Numbered from the stretch's first letter, positions 1-13,758 are shown. The stretch is DNA of 64,000 nt from Mobula birostris (GCF_030028105.1 NC_092380.1:29537144-29601143), one strand, 5' to 3'. Notes: generated by a model not told the origin, from the letters alone. Translations and numbers: made by a program.

Positions 1-20
1 CTGCCCCGGGAGTAAAGGCC

Positions 21-2023
21 GTGTGTCAAGTTGGGAGCGACGGGGAAGTAAGAGCCCAGATGGGAACAGATCAGGCAGTAGATCAATTGGGGGTTGACGA
101 TGATGCGCTGCCCACTGTTTACTGTAATGTGACTGCTCTGAGGAACAGGCAGCTGCCGGAGTTGAGTCCCCAGGAAGTAAAGGCGGCTCAGCGTGATGAC
201 CCAAGCCTTGGCACTATCTGGTACGCGGTTAGCCAGGGTGATATGGGGCAGGTGGAGAAGGCGAAACATGCCTCCGTTCCCCTACTACTGAAGGAGTGGC
301 CTCGGTTGAAGCTGAAGAACCACGTCTTGTACCGGGTCACGTCGCCTCCGGACCACCCCAGGCGCTGGCAGCTGGTCATGCCTGAGAAGTATCGGAAGAC
401 TGTGCTCCAGGCACTACATGATGATTCGGGGCACTTAGGGGTAGAGAAGACCTATGGATTAGTCAAGGACCGGTTTTACTGGCCCTGGATGAGGGGGGAG
501 GTGGAAGAATACTGTAAGACCTGTAGTCGTTGCGTCAGGAGGAAGACCTTGCCTGCGCAGGCGGCCCCGTTATCCCACTTGCAGAGTGCGGGACCCATGG
601 ACCTGGTGTGTATGGATTTCTATTGTCTATTGAGCCAGACACCAGCAACACCGCCAATGTCTTGGTCCTCACGGATCACTACACTAGATATGTGCAGGCT
701 TTTCCTACTAAGGATCAGAAAGCGACTACAGTGGCGAAGGTGTTACGGGAGAAGTACTTTGTTCATTATAGCCTTCCCCAGTGGATCCATAGTGATCAGG
801 GACGGGACTTCGAGAGCAGGCTTATCCATGAATTACTGGGTATCCTTGGGGTTGAGAAATCCAGAACCACCCCCCATCACCCGCAGGGTGATCCTCAGCC
901 CGGGAGGTTTAACCGGACCCTGCTGGACATGCTCGGCGCTTTGGAGATTGGACAGAAGAGTAAGTGGAGTCGGCGCATTGCCCATTTGGTTCATTGTTAC
1001 AATTGTACTCGCAATGATGCTACGGGGTACTCGCCCTACTATCTGATGTTGGGACAGGAAGCGAGGTTGCCCATTGATCTGTGTTTTGGGACTGAAGCGG
1101 GTGAAATACCTGCGAAGCCATGTCTGAAGTACGTGTCCGATATAAGGAGAGAATTGAAAAGGGCGTACGAGTTGGCTGAGGCGGCAGCCACCAAGCAGAA
1201 CCAGCGGAATAAGAAGAGGTACGATCAGAAAGTAAAGTTCGTCCAGCTATTGCCAGGAGACCGAGTCCTTACCCAGAATTTAGGACTAACTGGTAAGCAC
1301 AAGTTGGCAGACCATTGGGCAGCCACCCCCTATGTGGTGGAGAGTCAGATGCCGAATCTCCCTGTTTTCCGGGTGAGACCCAAGGATGGGAAGGGGCCTG
1401 TCAAGGTATTCCATCAGAACCACCTGTTACCTCTGGGTCGAGAGGTGAAGGTAGACCCAGAGCCCGAATGGGAGTTTATGCCTAGTACGAGGACTCTGCG
1501 AGGGCGCGGGACGAGGGAAGAGCCCACTGCGAAGGAGACAGGGCCGGTCCCCACCTCGAAAAGGGATACGTCATCGGAAGACGATGATTCGGACGTGTTT
1601 CCGTTCGCTGATTCCCCGGTGCCGGGAGAAGAGGCTCCTGGCCCTTCCTTCACTGAGTTAGGGTAACCGAGGAAGGGTGTTGCAGAGCCGCCTGTATTAC
1701 AGCCGGAATTGGGGGAGGGGAAGGTGGAACCAGAACCTGAGGCAGAGGGCTCACAGGGGCTGAGGGATCCCGGTGAGGGGGAAGGTCCGACAGATAGGCC
1801 TGGGGGGTCACCTGGGGTGTCTGAACAGGGAGAGTCAGCAGAGGAAGTCCAGAGGCCTCAGAGGAGTAGACATCCCCTGGAGAGACTGATGTATACAGTG
1901 CCGGGAGAACAGGGTGTGATCTCTACTGCCCTGGAAAGTTATGTCACTGCTTTATACACCTGGGTTGGGTTTTGTGTTTTACAAGGAGCAATGGTGAACC
2001 CTGTTAACGTCATGAGGGCATGA
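21..2023 (+). pseudogene. Gypsy pol integrase region, frameshifted and interrupted by a stop
   Basis: Two overlapping frames switch at ~620. Stop at 1664-1666, with a low-complexity acidic/Pro-rich tail continuing to ~2023. Confidence 0.85.
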
Positions 2024-2045
2024 CTTTTATTGGTGGGGGGGAGAG

Positions 2046-3212
2046 TGTACGGGGTCTTTCTTTTTTGTTAAATTTAAAATGGCTTCTTTTCTTATGTTAT
2101 ACTGAGGAATGCTGAGAAAGTCTCTAACTAGACATTTGCTTGGGTTATTAGAGATAGCAGGGTGCTATTAACCAATGGGTGGTCATGTATCGTTTTGTTT
2201 TTGGATACAATGCTGTATCATATGACTGTGGACGGGGTTTTTGGGGGGGAGTCGGAGGAGAGACGAGGAGGACGGTGGACGGGGTTTTGGCGGGGAGTCG
2301 GAGGAGAGACGAGGAGGACGGCGGACATGCGGGGGTTTTTGGCGGGGAGTCGGAGGAGAGATGGGGAGGACGGTGGACATGCGGGGGTTTTTGGGGGGAG
2401 TCGAAGGAGAGACGGGGAGGACGGTGGACGGGGTTTTTGGCAGGGAGTCGGAGGAGAGATGGGGAGGACGGTGGACGTGCGGGAATTTTTGGGGGGAGTC
2501 CGAGCAGAGACGGGGAGGACGGCGGACGGGGTTTTTGATGGGGAGTCGGAGGAGAGACGGGGAGGGCGGTGGATGGGGTTTTGGTGGGGAGTCGGAGGAG
2601 AGACGGGGAGCCGGAGGAGAGACGAGGAGGACGGCGGATGTGCAGGGGTTTTTGGGCAGGGAGTCGGTGGAGAGACGGGGAGTCGGAGGAGAGACGGGGA
2701 GGACGGTGGAAAAATGGGGAGTCGGAGGAGAGGTGGGGAGGACGGCGGATGTGCGGGGGTTTTTGGCGGGGAGGGAGTCGGAGGAGAGACGGGGAGGACG
2801 GTGGACGTACGGGGGTTTTTGATGGAGAGTCGGGGGAGAGACGGGGAGGACGGCGGACGTGCGGAAAGGCTCCGGTCGATCACTTCGGGTGGTCCCGAGC
2901 CGTGAGTCGACTGGATTCGGGTGGTCGTCCGGAATCGATTGAGCTCCAACTGTAGCGCGCGAAGAACTTGGACTTTGATAAGTGTTGGCGCCTTTTTTTT
3001 CATTACTTTCCTCTCTGTATCAAATTTATATTAATGTCATAGAATTAGTAATATCTATAAAGTGTACTTTGTTAAAATTTACTGGGTGTGCTGGCTGATG
3101 ATTGATGTTTGGGATTGATTCGGGCGGCAACCAACACTGTGGGGAGTATTGAGGCAGGTGCTGGGCGGGATTTCCCTTAAACATACGCGAGCCAATATAA
3201 CGGAACGTTACA
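2046..3212 (+). repeat. 3' LTR of the Gypsy element
   Basis: Starts TGTAC directly after the PPT and ends GTTACA. CR1 sequence resumes at 3213. Confidence 0.75.
2228..2865 (+). repeat. G/A-rich minisatellite (~40-55 bp unit, core GGGAGTCGGAGGAGAGACGGGGAGGACGG) inside the LTR
   Basis: The unit is visibly repeated a dozen or more times and explains the repetitive ORFs in all frames. Confidence 0.95.
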
Positions 3213-6210
3213 AGTGAAAGATGAAATATTTAAGGGTAACATAAGGGGGCACTTATTCGATCAGAGAGTGGTAAGAGTGTGGAAAGAGCTGCCAGTAGAG
3301 GTGGTGAATAAGGGTTCAGTTTAACCATTTAGGAGTAAGTTGGATAAGTACATAAATGGGAGGGGTATGGAAGCTATGGTCTGGGGGCAGGTTGATGGGA
3401 CTAGGCAGTATAATAGTTCAGTACAGACTCCATTGGCCAGAGAGCCTGTTTTTGTGTGGCAGTTTTCTATGACTCTGTTTGCTACTCCTTGTCCCAGTTC
3501 TCCAACTGATCAAGATCACCTGTCATCTACGATAACTTTCTTCACTATCAACAAAACCTCACTTTGTGTCGTCCATAAACATACTGATGAAACCTTGTGC
3601 ATTTACACCTAAATCATTTATACAAGTAATAAATAACAAAGGTCCCAACATCTTCCCCTGTGGCATACCACTAGTCACCCATCTCCACTCCAACAAACAT
3701 GGTTAATAAGACTGTAGATGACATCAAAATTTGTGGCCTTTGTACCAATGTGGACCATGGCTTCTGGCTGCTCACCATCCCACCACCTTAAGAATGATCT
3801 AATAAGTCTCTGACCCTGGCACCTATAGAGTTAACATACAATCAGGAAGGCTTGTTTTCACCCACAGAATCTCCTGTCCATTTCCGTAATCAGAGAATTC
3901 CCTATCACTACCACTCCTTTGTTCCCTTCTCCCTTCTGAACCAGAGACAGTCCCAGGGCCAAAGATCCACTAACCCACTTGCCTAGAACCATTTCCAATG
4001 CACTTTTCCAAATATCTTTCAAACCTTGTTGTTGTGTCTGCCTCAACATTTCCTCTGGCAGCTTATTCCATGTACCCACATTGAGTCAAAATGTAGCTCG
4101 TTAGGCCCCATTTAAATCTTGCCCATCACCTTAAACTTCTAGTTTTTCTATCCCCCACCTGGAAAAAAAAGACCATGCTAACATCCTCTATGTGCCCCTT
4201 GTGATTTTATGCACCTCAATAAGACCCCCTCAGTCTCCTATGTTCCAAGCAATAAGTTCACCCCTGCCCAACCTCTCCCTAGGAACCAAGGCCCTCGAGT
4301 CCTAGTGAAATTCTGATCAATCTTCTTTGCACTCTTTCCAGCTTAATAATATCTTTCTTACAACAGGGCAACACAATACTCTAGATGTACAACTGCAGTG
4401 TAATGTAACAACACCTATACTCATACATAGTCCTGCGAGTATGAGGATTATAGTACGGGGTTGCTTATGACCAGTGATGTACCACTGGATGAGTGCTATA
4501 TCCCTTGTTAATTGTCATCTAAATGAACAATTCAGATGTGAATGGGGGGCATGTTCTGAAAATTTGCAGATGACACAAAATTAGTGATGGTGTTGCTGGT
4601 GAGGAGGGTGCTGTCAGATCACACAATGATATAAATCAGTAGGTAAATTGGGCACAGAGTTTAATCCAGATAACTGTGAGGTGATGCATTATGGAGAGTT
4701 AAAGGGATTATAGACAGTGAGGTCAATGGGATACTAGCAGGGGCACAGGAAAGAAGCTTGGAAGAACTTTTTAAAGAATTAGTTAGGCCAGAGCTAGAGT
4801 CGTGTTCAGACTTCTGATGCCACACTGCAGGATGGATGTGCTTGCATGGGACATAGTTACTGTGGAGGAGGGCTTGGATTATAAATAGAGATTGAACAAA
4901 TCGGACATATTATACCTGGACCATAGGGAATGAGGGCTTGGATTACAAGTAGACATTGGACAAATTAGGATTTTTAGCCCTGGACCATAGGAGACTGATG
5001 GATGAACTTCAAGATGTGTATAAAGTCCGGAGGGTATAGATGGGTGAACAATCAAGGTCTCTTGTTAGCCACAGAGTAGGTGAGTATAATACTATGAAGA
5101 ATAGGGTTAAGGTGAGAGGGGAAATATTTGAAGGGCATCTGGTGGACAATTCTTTTACACAGAGTGACAGTTATGTGGAACAGGCTGCCAAGGAAGCAAT
5201 TGAGATGGGGACAAATAGAATAATTTCAAAAGCATTTAGGTTGGTACAGGGATAGGAAAAGATCAGTTGGATATGGGTTACATGCAGGCAAATGGGACCA
5301 GCTAATGTCGGCATTGGAGATCGAGGTTAAATGTCTTGTTTCTGTGCTGTAGAACTTTGACTGTAGGAAGAAGTGTGTCAGACAAGAGGTAGAGGTTTCA
5401 GGAGAGGATTAAGAGGTTTAGAGGGGACGTGATGAAGAATTTGTTCTTCACCCAAAGGGATGTTATAACCTAGAACATACTCCCTGAGTGGGTGTTGTAG
5501 GCACTTGTTTAAGGACCACCTTGAGCCAAGGCATGATAGATGAAAGGCCAAGTGCTGAACTAGGGAAGTCAGATACTCAGTCCTTACTACACAAACCTCT
5601 GACTGCGAAAGTGCAGTGGGAACCTGGTCAATCAGGATTCAGAAAAGATTCACAAAGATTCTGCCTGGATTAGGGGACTGGAGTTAAATGAGAAATTGGA
5701 TAGGCTGGGTCTGTTTTCTCAAGATCAGGAGTGGAGAGGACTGAGAGGTGACATGGTAGAGCTGTATAAAATTATGAGAGGCAAAGATAGGACAGCCAGA
5801 GTCCTTTTCCCATGGTGTGGGTGTGTAAAGCTACAGGTTTCAGGGTTAAGGTGACAGGTGGGGTGTTTAAAAGGGATCTAATGAGTAAATATTTCACCCA
5901 GAGAACAGATGGCATCTGGACTGAGCTGCCAGAGGAGGTGGCGGAGGCAGGAACCAAGAAAGTCTGCGTTCAACATCACTCCACAGGACTCTCCCATTCA
6001 CTGCTCTGGTTTAACTGACCAAAGTGCAACATTTTGCATCTGTCTAACCTAAACAGCACCTCCCATTTCTTTGCCCACCTTCCTGGTTGATCAATATGGT
6101 ATTTGTAACCTTGCCACCAGGTTTCATGTCATCTGTAAACTTGTCAATCATGCTACCCACATCGTTAACAGAAATGACAAAATATGAGGGGATCAGTGTC
6201 AATCCCTGTG
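3213..6210. mobile_element. Patchwork of old CR1 LINE fragments on both strands
   Basis: CR1 RT and 3'-end motifs, e.g. ORFs MGTWNKLPEE, KYFTQR...WTELPEEV, and TTTGCAGATGACACAAAA (FADDTK). Confidence 0.8.
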
Positions 6211-6909
6211 GTCACAGGCCTGCAGACAAACAAATCAGGGACATTAGGACACAAGCAGGACCACAAACAGCGGAGAGTAGAGTTGAGAGGGAGCCAGGGT
6301 AGAAGGAGGTTACAGAGAGAGCGAGGGGTGAGGACCAAGGAAGATGTGAACCCAAGGATGAGAACTGGACACCTGAAGGAGGGAGGCATTGCAGTAAGGC
6401 ACTGACAGACACTCACTGTTCCCAGAGTGGCAGGCAGGAAGAGAAGAGACCGATGTCCACATTAGAGGAGCAACCGGGCCTACCAGACTCCACCAGTCCA
6501 TTCCTACATCCAAAGGTCAATAGAAAAGAGCAAGGAGCAGCTCATCTGCCTTCTCCGTATCTCCACATCAACCTGCAAACCACAGGAGAAGCCCATTACA
6601 TCACCCCTCACCCTTCAAAACCACAGCAAGTATTGACCGACCCCACTTAAGTCCCTGCCTCACCTCCATCCCCGGCCCATGCCATTCCCCACTCCGTGGC
6701 CCTTTCCTCTGCCCCATGCCCACACCAGGCCTCCTCCTTCTTGTAATGTGTAATGGCATTTGGTAGACCAATGTAAGATGCATTACCACCACCCGAGCAT
6801 CAGTCAAGCATCCCAACCACTTTTCATCCAGAAAATCTTCCACCACCATCCTATTCATATCACTACAACCCAGATAGTACTATCAGCATTAACCACACCA
6901 TATCATCTA

Positions 6910-9810
6910 CTTAAGACCATAACATACGTGAGCAGAATTGGGCTATTTGGCCCATCGAGTCTGCTCTGCCTGATCCATTTCCCCCTCAGCCCCAATCTCC
7001 TGCCTTCTTCCCATGTCCCTTCATGCCCTGACTAATCAAGGATTTATCAACCTCTGCCTTAAATATAACCAATGAATTGGTATCCACGGCCACCTCTGGC
7101 TCACCATTCTCTGACAAAAGAAATTCCTCATCTCCACTCTAGAAAGACATCGCTCTATTCCGAGGCTGTGTCCTCTAGTCTTAGACTCCCCCAACACAGG
7201 AAATATCCTCTCCAAATCTACTCTAGTGAGGCCTTTCAACATTCGATAGGCTCCAATGAGATTACCTCCCCTCAACCTTCTGAATTCCAGTGAGTAAAGG
7301 ACCAGAGCTATTAAACTCTCTACATATGACTGGCCTTTCAATCCCAGAATAATTTCTGTGGACCTCCTTTGAAACTTCTCCAATGTTAGCACATCCATTC
7401 TTACATAAGGGGCCCAAACCTGCTCACAATACAGTACTCCAGATGAGGCCTCACTAACCCCTTATAAAGCCTTAACGTTACATCCTTGGTTTTATATTCT
7501 AATCCTCTCAAAATGAATACTAACATTGCATTTACCTTCATCATCACTGAATCAATTTGCAAATTAACCTTTAGGAAATCCTGCACAAGGACTCCCAAGC
7601 CTCAAATTTTTGAATTTTCTCTCCATTTAGGAAATAGTCTACTCTTTTATTTCTTCTACCAAATCATACATTTCACGACACTGTATTCCATCCCCCACTC
7701 TGCACATTCTCCTCATCTTTTTAAGTCATTCTGTAGCCTCTCTGCTTCCTCAGCACTACCTGCCCCTCCACCTACCTTCGTACCATCTCCAAACTTGGCT
7801 ACAAGGCTATCAATTCCTTCATCCAAATCATTACCATATAACATAAAAAGAAGCGGTCCAAACACAGATACCCGTGGAACACCACTAGTTATCGGTAGCC
7901 AATCAGAAAAGAATCCCTTTGTTCTATTTGCCTACTGCCAACCTCCAATGCTCTATCCATACAAGTATCTTTCTTGTAATACCATGGGCTCTTAACTTGT
8001 TAAGCAGCCTCATATGTAGCACTGTGTCAAAAGGACATCTGAAAATCAAAATAAACATCAACCAATTCTCCTTCATCTATCCTTCTTGTTTTTTTTCCAA
8101 CAAATTCCAACAGATTTGTCGGCAAGATTTACCCTTAAGAAAACCATGCTGACAATGGCCTATTTTATCATCTGCCTTCACGTACCCCAAAACCACATGC
8201 TTACCAATCAACTCCAACATTTTCCCAACCACTGAGGTCAGACCATCTAATTTCCTTTTTTCTGCCCCTCTCCCTTCTTGAAGAGTGGAGTGACATTTGC
8301 AATTTTCCATTCCATTGATCCTTGAAAGATTATTACAAATCCCTCCACATTCTCTCCAGCCACCTCTTTCAGAACCCTGGAATGTAGACCATCTGGTTCA
8401 GGTGAATTATCTACCTTCTGACCTTTTAGCTTCTCAGGGCAACTTCACTCACTTCTGCCCCGACACTCTCAAACTTGCGGCATACTGCTAGCATCCTCCA
8501 CAGTGAAGAGTGATGCAAAATACTTATTCAGTTCATCCATCACTTCCTTGTACCCCATTACTATCTCTCCAGCATCATTTCCAGTGGTCCAATATACACT
8601 CTCACCACTCTCACACTTTATATATCTGAAGAAACTTATAGTATCCTCTTTAATATTATTGACTAGCTTACCTTCGTATTACCTCTTTTCCTTCTTTATG
8701 ACTTTTTAAAAATTTCCTTCTGTTACTTTTTAAAAACTTCCCAATCATCTAATATCCCACTAATCTTTGCTCTATTATATGCCCTCCCTTTAGCTCTTAT
8801 GTTGGCTTTGACTTCTTTTGTTAGCCACGGTTGTGTCATCTTGCCTTTAGAAAATTACTTCTTCTTTGGGATGTATACATCCTGCACCTTCCAAATTGCT
8901 CCCAGAAACTCCAGCCATTGCTCCACTGTCATCCCTGCTTGTGTTCCCTTTCAATCAATTTTGGACAGTTTTTCTCTCTCATGCCCCTTTACACCACTGT
9001 AATACTGATACTGTGGCGACCCACTTTCTACACAAGCGAACCGGCTCACAAAATATCCTGCGCGTGGGGAGAGACTTTTGTAATGCACCTTTGATGTCAT
9101 TTCCGCCCGGAGAGGGCTGGAAGGCAACTGCTTAAAAGCCAGTGCCGCGAAGTTTGAATAAAGTGGTCTCGAGTGCGACTTAGCAACTGCGTGTCATTAT
9201 TGCTAGCTGTGTGTGTGGCACATCACTATAATACATCTGATTTTTGCTTCTCCTTCTCAATTTGCAGGGCAAGTTCTATCATATTATGATCACTGTCTCC
9301 TAAGAGTTCCTCTACCTTAAGCTCTCTAATTCCAATTTTTTTGCACAACACCTAATACAGAACAGTTGACTGACTAGTACGCTCTACCATGAGGTGCTCT
9401 AAAAAAGCCATCTCGTACACATTCTACAAATTCCCACTCCTGGCATCCAGCACCAACCTGATTTTCCCCAATCTAGCTGCATATTGAAACCCCCCATTAC
9501 TATTGAAATACTGCCCTTTTGACATGAATTTTTATCTCCAGTTGTAAGACCACTTGTTTGCTACTATTTGGATGTCTGTATATAATTCCCATCAGGGTCT
9601 TAGCAGTTTCTTAGCAAGACCCAGAACAATTCTACACCTTACAATTCTATGTCATTTCTTTCTAAAGATTTGATTCTTTTTTTTAAAACCAACAGAGCCA
9701 CCCACTCCTTCTGCCTACCTGCCTATCTTTTCGATACAATGTGTATCTAGGACATTAAGCTGCCAGCTATAAACTTCTTTCAGCCACGATTCAGTGATGC
9801 CCATATCTAC
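6910..9810 (-). mobile_element. Decayed CR1 LINE (ORF2 endonuclease/RT remnants)
   Basis: Minus-strand ORFs LVRPHLEYC, LTSVVGKMLE, QHGFLKGKSC. CR1 3' tail near 6910-6970. Confidence 0.9.
9012..9230 (+). mobile_element. Solo LTR (219 bp) inserted in CR1, 4-bp TSD ATAC
   Basis: ATAC (9008-9011) | TGTGGCG...CACTATA | ATAC (9231-9234). Internal AATAAA. CR1 sequence is contiguous when the insert is removed. Confidence 0.75.
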
Positions 9811-9864
9811 AGGACACCCTACACAAGCAGAGCTATGTTCCCCTGCATAATTACATTTTATACC

Positions 9865-11470
9865 ATGCGATACAGAAGAATTAGGCCATTTGGCCCATCA
9901 AATCTGAATGGCCATTTCATCCTGGCTGATTGATTTTCCCTCTCAGCCCCAATCTCCTGCCTTCTTTCCATATCCCGTCATGCTCTGGCTAATCAAGAAT
10001 TTGTCAGACTGTGCCTTAAATATACATGAAGACTTGACCACCACAGCCACCTGTGGCAACAAATTCCACATAATTCTCCATTCTGTCTAAAGAAATTCCT
10101 TCTCTTCTCCATTCTAAGAGGACACCCCTCTATTCTGAGGCTCTGTCTTCTGGCCCTAGACTCTCCCGCCATAGGAAACAACCTTTCTACATTCACTCTA
10201 TCAAGGCCTTTCAACATTCAAAGGGTTTCAATTACATCACCCCTCATTCTTCTGAATTCCAGTGAGTGCAGGCCCAGAGCCATCAAATGCTCTTCATATG
10301 TCAAGCCATTCAATCCAGGAATCATTTTCATGAATCTCCTTTGAACCCTCTCCAGTGTCTTAGATAAGGGGCCCAAATCAACTCAACACTCCAAATGAGG
10401 CCTCACCATTGCTTTATAAAGCCTCAACATTACATCCTTGCTTTTATATTCTAAGCCTCTTGAAATGAATTGTAACATCGCATTTGTCTTCCTCACCATA
10501 GGCTCAGACTGCAAATTAACCTTTAGGGAATTCAGCACAAGGACTCACATGTCCCTTTGCACCTCAGATTTTTTGAATTTTCTCTCCATTTAGAAAATAG
10601 TCTTCTACCCTTTTATTTCTTCTTCCAAAGTACATGATCATACACCTCCCGACAGTGTATTCCATCTGCCACTTCTTTACCCACTCTTCTAATCTAAGTC
10701 CTTCTGCAGCCTCTCTACCACCTCAAAACTACCTGCCCCTCCACCTATCTTCATCTCGTCTGCAAACTTTGCAACAAATCCATCAATTCCATCATCCAAG
10801 TTATTAACCCCTGGGGAACACCATTCGTCACCTGCAAGCAACCAGAAAAGGCCTCTTCATTCTTACTCATTGCCCTCTGCCAATCAGTCACTGCTTTATC
10901 AATGCTAATATCTTCCCTCCAATACCATGAGCTCTTAACTTGTTAAGCAGCCTCACGCGTGGCACCTTATCAAAAGCCTTCTGAAAATCCAAGTACACAA
11001 CATCCATCGATTCTCCTTTTGTCAATCCTGCTTGTTATTTCTTCAAAGAATTCCAACAGATTTTTGCTTGAGAAAACCATGTTGACTTGGCCTATTTTAT
11101 CATGTGCCTCCATGTACCGCTTAACTATCGACTCCAACATCTTCCCAACCACTGAGGTCATTCTAACTGGCCTATAGTTTCCTTTCTTCGTTTTCCAGTG
11201 GTTCGATATCCAATCTCGCCTCTCTTTTACACTTGATGTATCTGAAAAAACTTTTGGTATCCTCTTTAATATTATTGGCTAACTTATTTTTGTATAGTAT
11301 TCCATCTTTTCCTTCTGTATGACTTGTTTTTTTAGTTGGTTTTTCAAAGCTTTCCAATCCACTACCTTCCCATTAAATTTTCCTCTTATTAGATGTTCTC
11401 TTATTAGCCATGGTTGTGTCAGCTTGGCTTTACAATACTGCTTTCTCTTTGGGATATACATATCCTGTGC
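9865..11470 (-). mobile_element. Second decayed CR1 LINE
   Basis: ORFs MLKGLDRVNVERLFP, TSVVGKMLESI, KEDTKSFFRYIK. Paralogous to 6910-9810. Confidence 0.9.
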
Positions 11471-11629
11471 TTTCCGAATGCCTCATGTCTATTACCATAG
11501 TCATGTTCTCCACCATATCCACTGCACTGCATTTTACCCCTACACACAGCTGCAACGTGGGCAAATGTCTGACACTGAAAACATCTTTATTTCCATTATG
11601 TTTAATCAAAAATTGCGCAGTTGCATACT

Positions 11630-11910
11630 GATGCAGAGGTTAGCACAATGTTTTACAGTACCAAGATCCAGGTTCAATTGCAGCTACTGTCTGTAAGGGG
11701 CCTCACCGTACATAGTTGATCAGCACATTCTGCGTGGGTTTGCCCTGAGTGCTTCAGTTTCCTCCCACAGTCCAAAGGCCTACCAGTTGGTAGGTTCATT
11801 GGTCATTGGAAATGGTCCTGTCATTAGGTTTGGGTTAAAGCAGGGGTTGCTGGGCAGCATGGCTCAAAGTGCCAGAAGAGCCTATTCTGCACTGTAACTC
11901 AACAAATAAC
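11630..11910 (+). mobile_element. V-SINE (HE1-like), degraded
   Basis: tRNA-like head (GGTTCAATT B-box-like), V-domain TCTGCGTGGGTTT...GTTTCCTCCCACAGTCCAAAG, LINE-like tail. Confidence 0.7.
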
Positions 11911-12524
11911 ATCTACCACAGATCATTTCACCCATACACACAGCTGCTGCATGACCAAGCTCCTGACACTGAAAACATCCCAGCGTAGCGGCACATAGAC
12001 TTGAAACATAAAACTTATATAACCTAAATTAGCCTGATCCATCAAGCTTTTTTCCATCAAACTTAATCAATAAGCCATCAATAAGCTACCTATTCTAACC
12101 CACCAAGATACATTTTTAAACGTTTAGCATCCAGAACTTAGCGTGAATACACGGGAGGGAATGCAGAGGAAATTGACTCGGATTTTTTAATGAGATGGAA
12201 AGTTTCAGGTATCCAGAGAGACAGGCCATTAGGATGTTTTCCTTAGGGGTGGGTGGGTGAGAGGAGATGGAGGACGTTGTACAAGATTGAGAGGAGCATC
12301 AATATTGAGAATCATTACCCCATGGAGGACGGGTATAAAAGTGAATGTCAGAGTTTTCAGGTGATGAGTCAGAGGGTTAGAAGGGAAACGATTACAATCA
12401 GTAATGGATTATATTCCGTGTTTGGTGAAGCCAAGTATTCTCACACTTTTCAAAAATATCACATCTGAGAGTTGAAACACATCCAAGCTAACAGAACAAG
12501 GGCTGAGAAACTGCATTCAGGATG

Positions 12525-13758
12525 CAAGATGCAAGATTTAAGATTGTTTATTGTCAGTTTTCAGTACATAAGTGTAAAGGAGAACAAAATTATTGTTACC
12601 CCTAGTCTGATGCAGCATAAAAAACACAACAAGCCTAAAGGACACAATAAAAATCAAAAAAATCACAATAAATATAAATATAAAAGCAATCCTACCAAAC
12701 ACAATCTACAAGTAACTGATATATACGTACACTGTTGCATGTATGTAAAGAGACACTAGGTGACATGTATTTTGTAGTCATCATCATTTTGTGCCATGCT
12801 GTACGACGTGGGTTATCGTGGTCTACAGAAGTAGTTTGCCATTGCCTTCTTCTGGGCAAGGTTTTTGCAAGAGATTGTCTGCCTGGCATCAGTGTTTGCA
12901 TAACCAGGACTTATGATTTGCACCATCTGCTCCCATAGCTTCATATGACTATGATCGGGGGTGGCGGTGGTGGGCTAAGTGGGTGCTATTCCTTGCCCAA
13001 GGGTGACCTGCTGGCTGGCAGAGGGATGGAGTGCCTTACACCTTTTTTGGCAGTGGTGTTGGGTGGGTTAGTGGGTGGAGGAGTTGATCAACCTGGCAAT
13101 TTGAGGGAAGTAACTGTTTTTGAGTCAGGTGGTCCTGGTGTGGATGCTGCGTAGCCTCCTCCCTGATTGGAGTGAACAATCAGTCCATAAACAGGATGAG
13201 TGGGATCCTTCATAATATTGCTGGCCTTTTTCTGGGACCTTTCTGTATATATGTCTTTGATGGTGAGTAGGTTGGCGCCAATGATGTATCGGGCAGTTTT
13301 AGCTAACTATTGTACAGCCCTCTTGTCTGATGCAGTGTGGCTTCTGTACCGCACAGTAATGCAAATTGTTAGGATGCTCTCCACTGCATCTGTAGAAGGC
13401 TATGAGTATTGATATGCATGGACCAGCTCTCTTCAGCCTCCTCACAAAACAGAGGTATTGATAAGCTTTCTTGACTGTGGGGGTTCTGTTCTGTGTTTGA
13501 AACTGCATACACTTTCCACTGCTGTGCCACCAATGTGAAAGGGGGTGTGAGAGATGCAAGTACTCCCGAAGTCGATAACCATCTCCTTTGTCTTGTTGAC
13601 ATTGAGGAAGAGGTTATTTGCCTGGCACCAGGCCTCAACCTTTTTCACCTGCTCTCTGTATGCTGTCTCATCATTGCTGGTGACGAGCCCCACAACTGTC
13701 CTGTCATCGGCAGTCTTGACAATGTGATTACTCAGGTGTTTGAGACTGCAGTCATATG
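12525..13758 (-). mobile_element. Rex/Babar-type LINE 3' fragment(s)
   Basis: ORF 13442-13813: YTYDC...ADDRTVVGLVTSNDETAYREQV...NNLFLNVNKTKEMVIDF; AYQYLCFVRRLKR. Short-repeat tail near 12525-12555. Confidence 0.8.

Larger units (their letters stand above)
1..3212 (+). mobile_element. Ty3/Gypsy LTR retrotransposon, 3' part (integrase, PPT, 3' LTR), defective
   Basis: ORF 21-1046 has the integrase Zn motif (HDDSGH...CKTC). ORF 530-1666 has the rve core (SDQGRDFES, PQPGRFNRT with the catalytic E changed to G). Frameshift near 620. Polypurine tract ~2032-2045, then LTR TG(2046)...CA(3212). Confidence 0.9.

Noticed and set aside
2228-2865. CRISPR-like repeat/spacer appearance
   Set aside because: Eukaryotic context, spacers are not unique, and there are no cas genes.
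2162-3003. Long Gly/Arg/Pro-rich ORFs in several frames
   Set aside because: Artefacts of the stop-poor minisatellite in the LTR.
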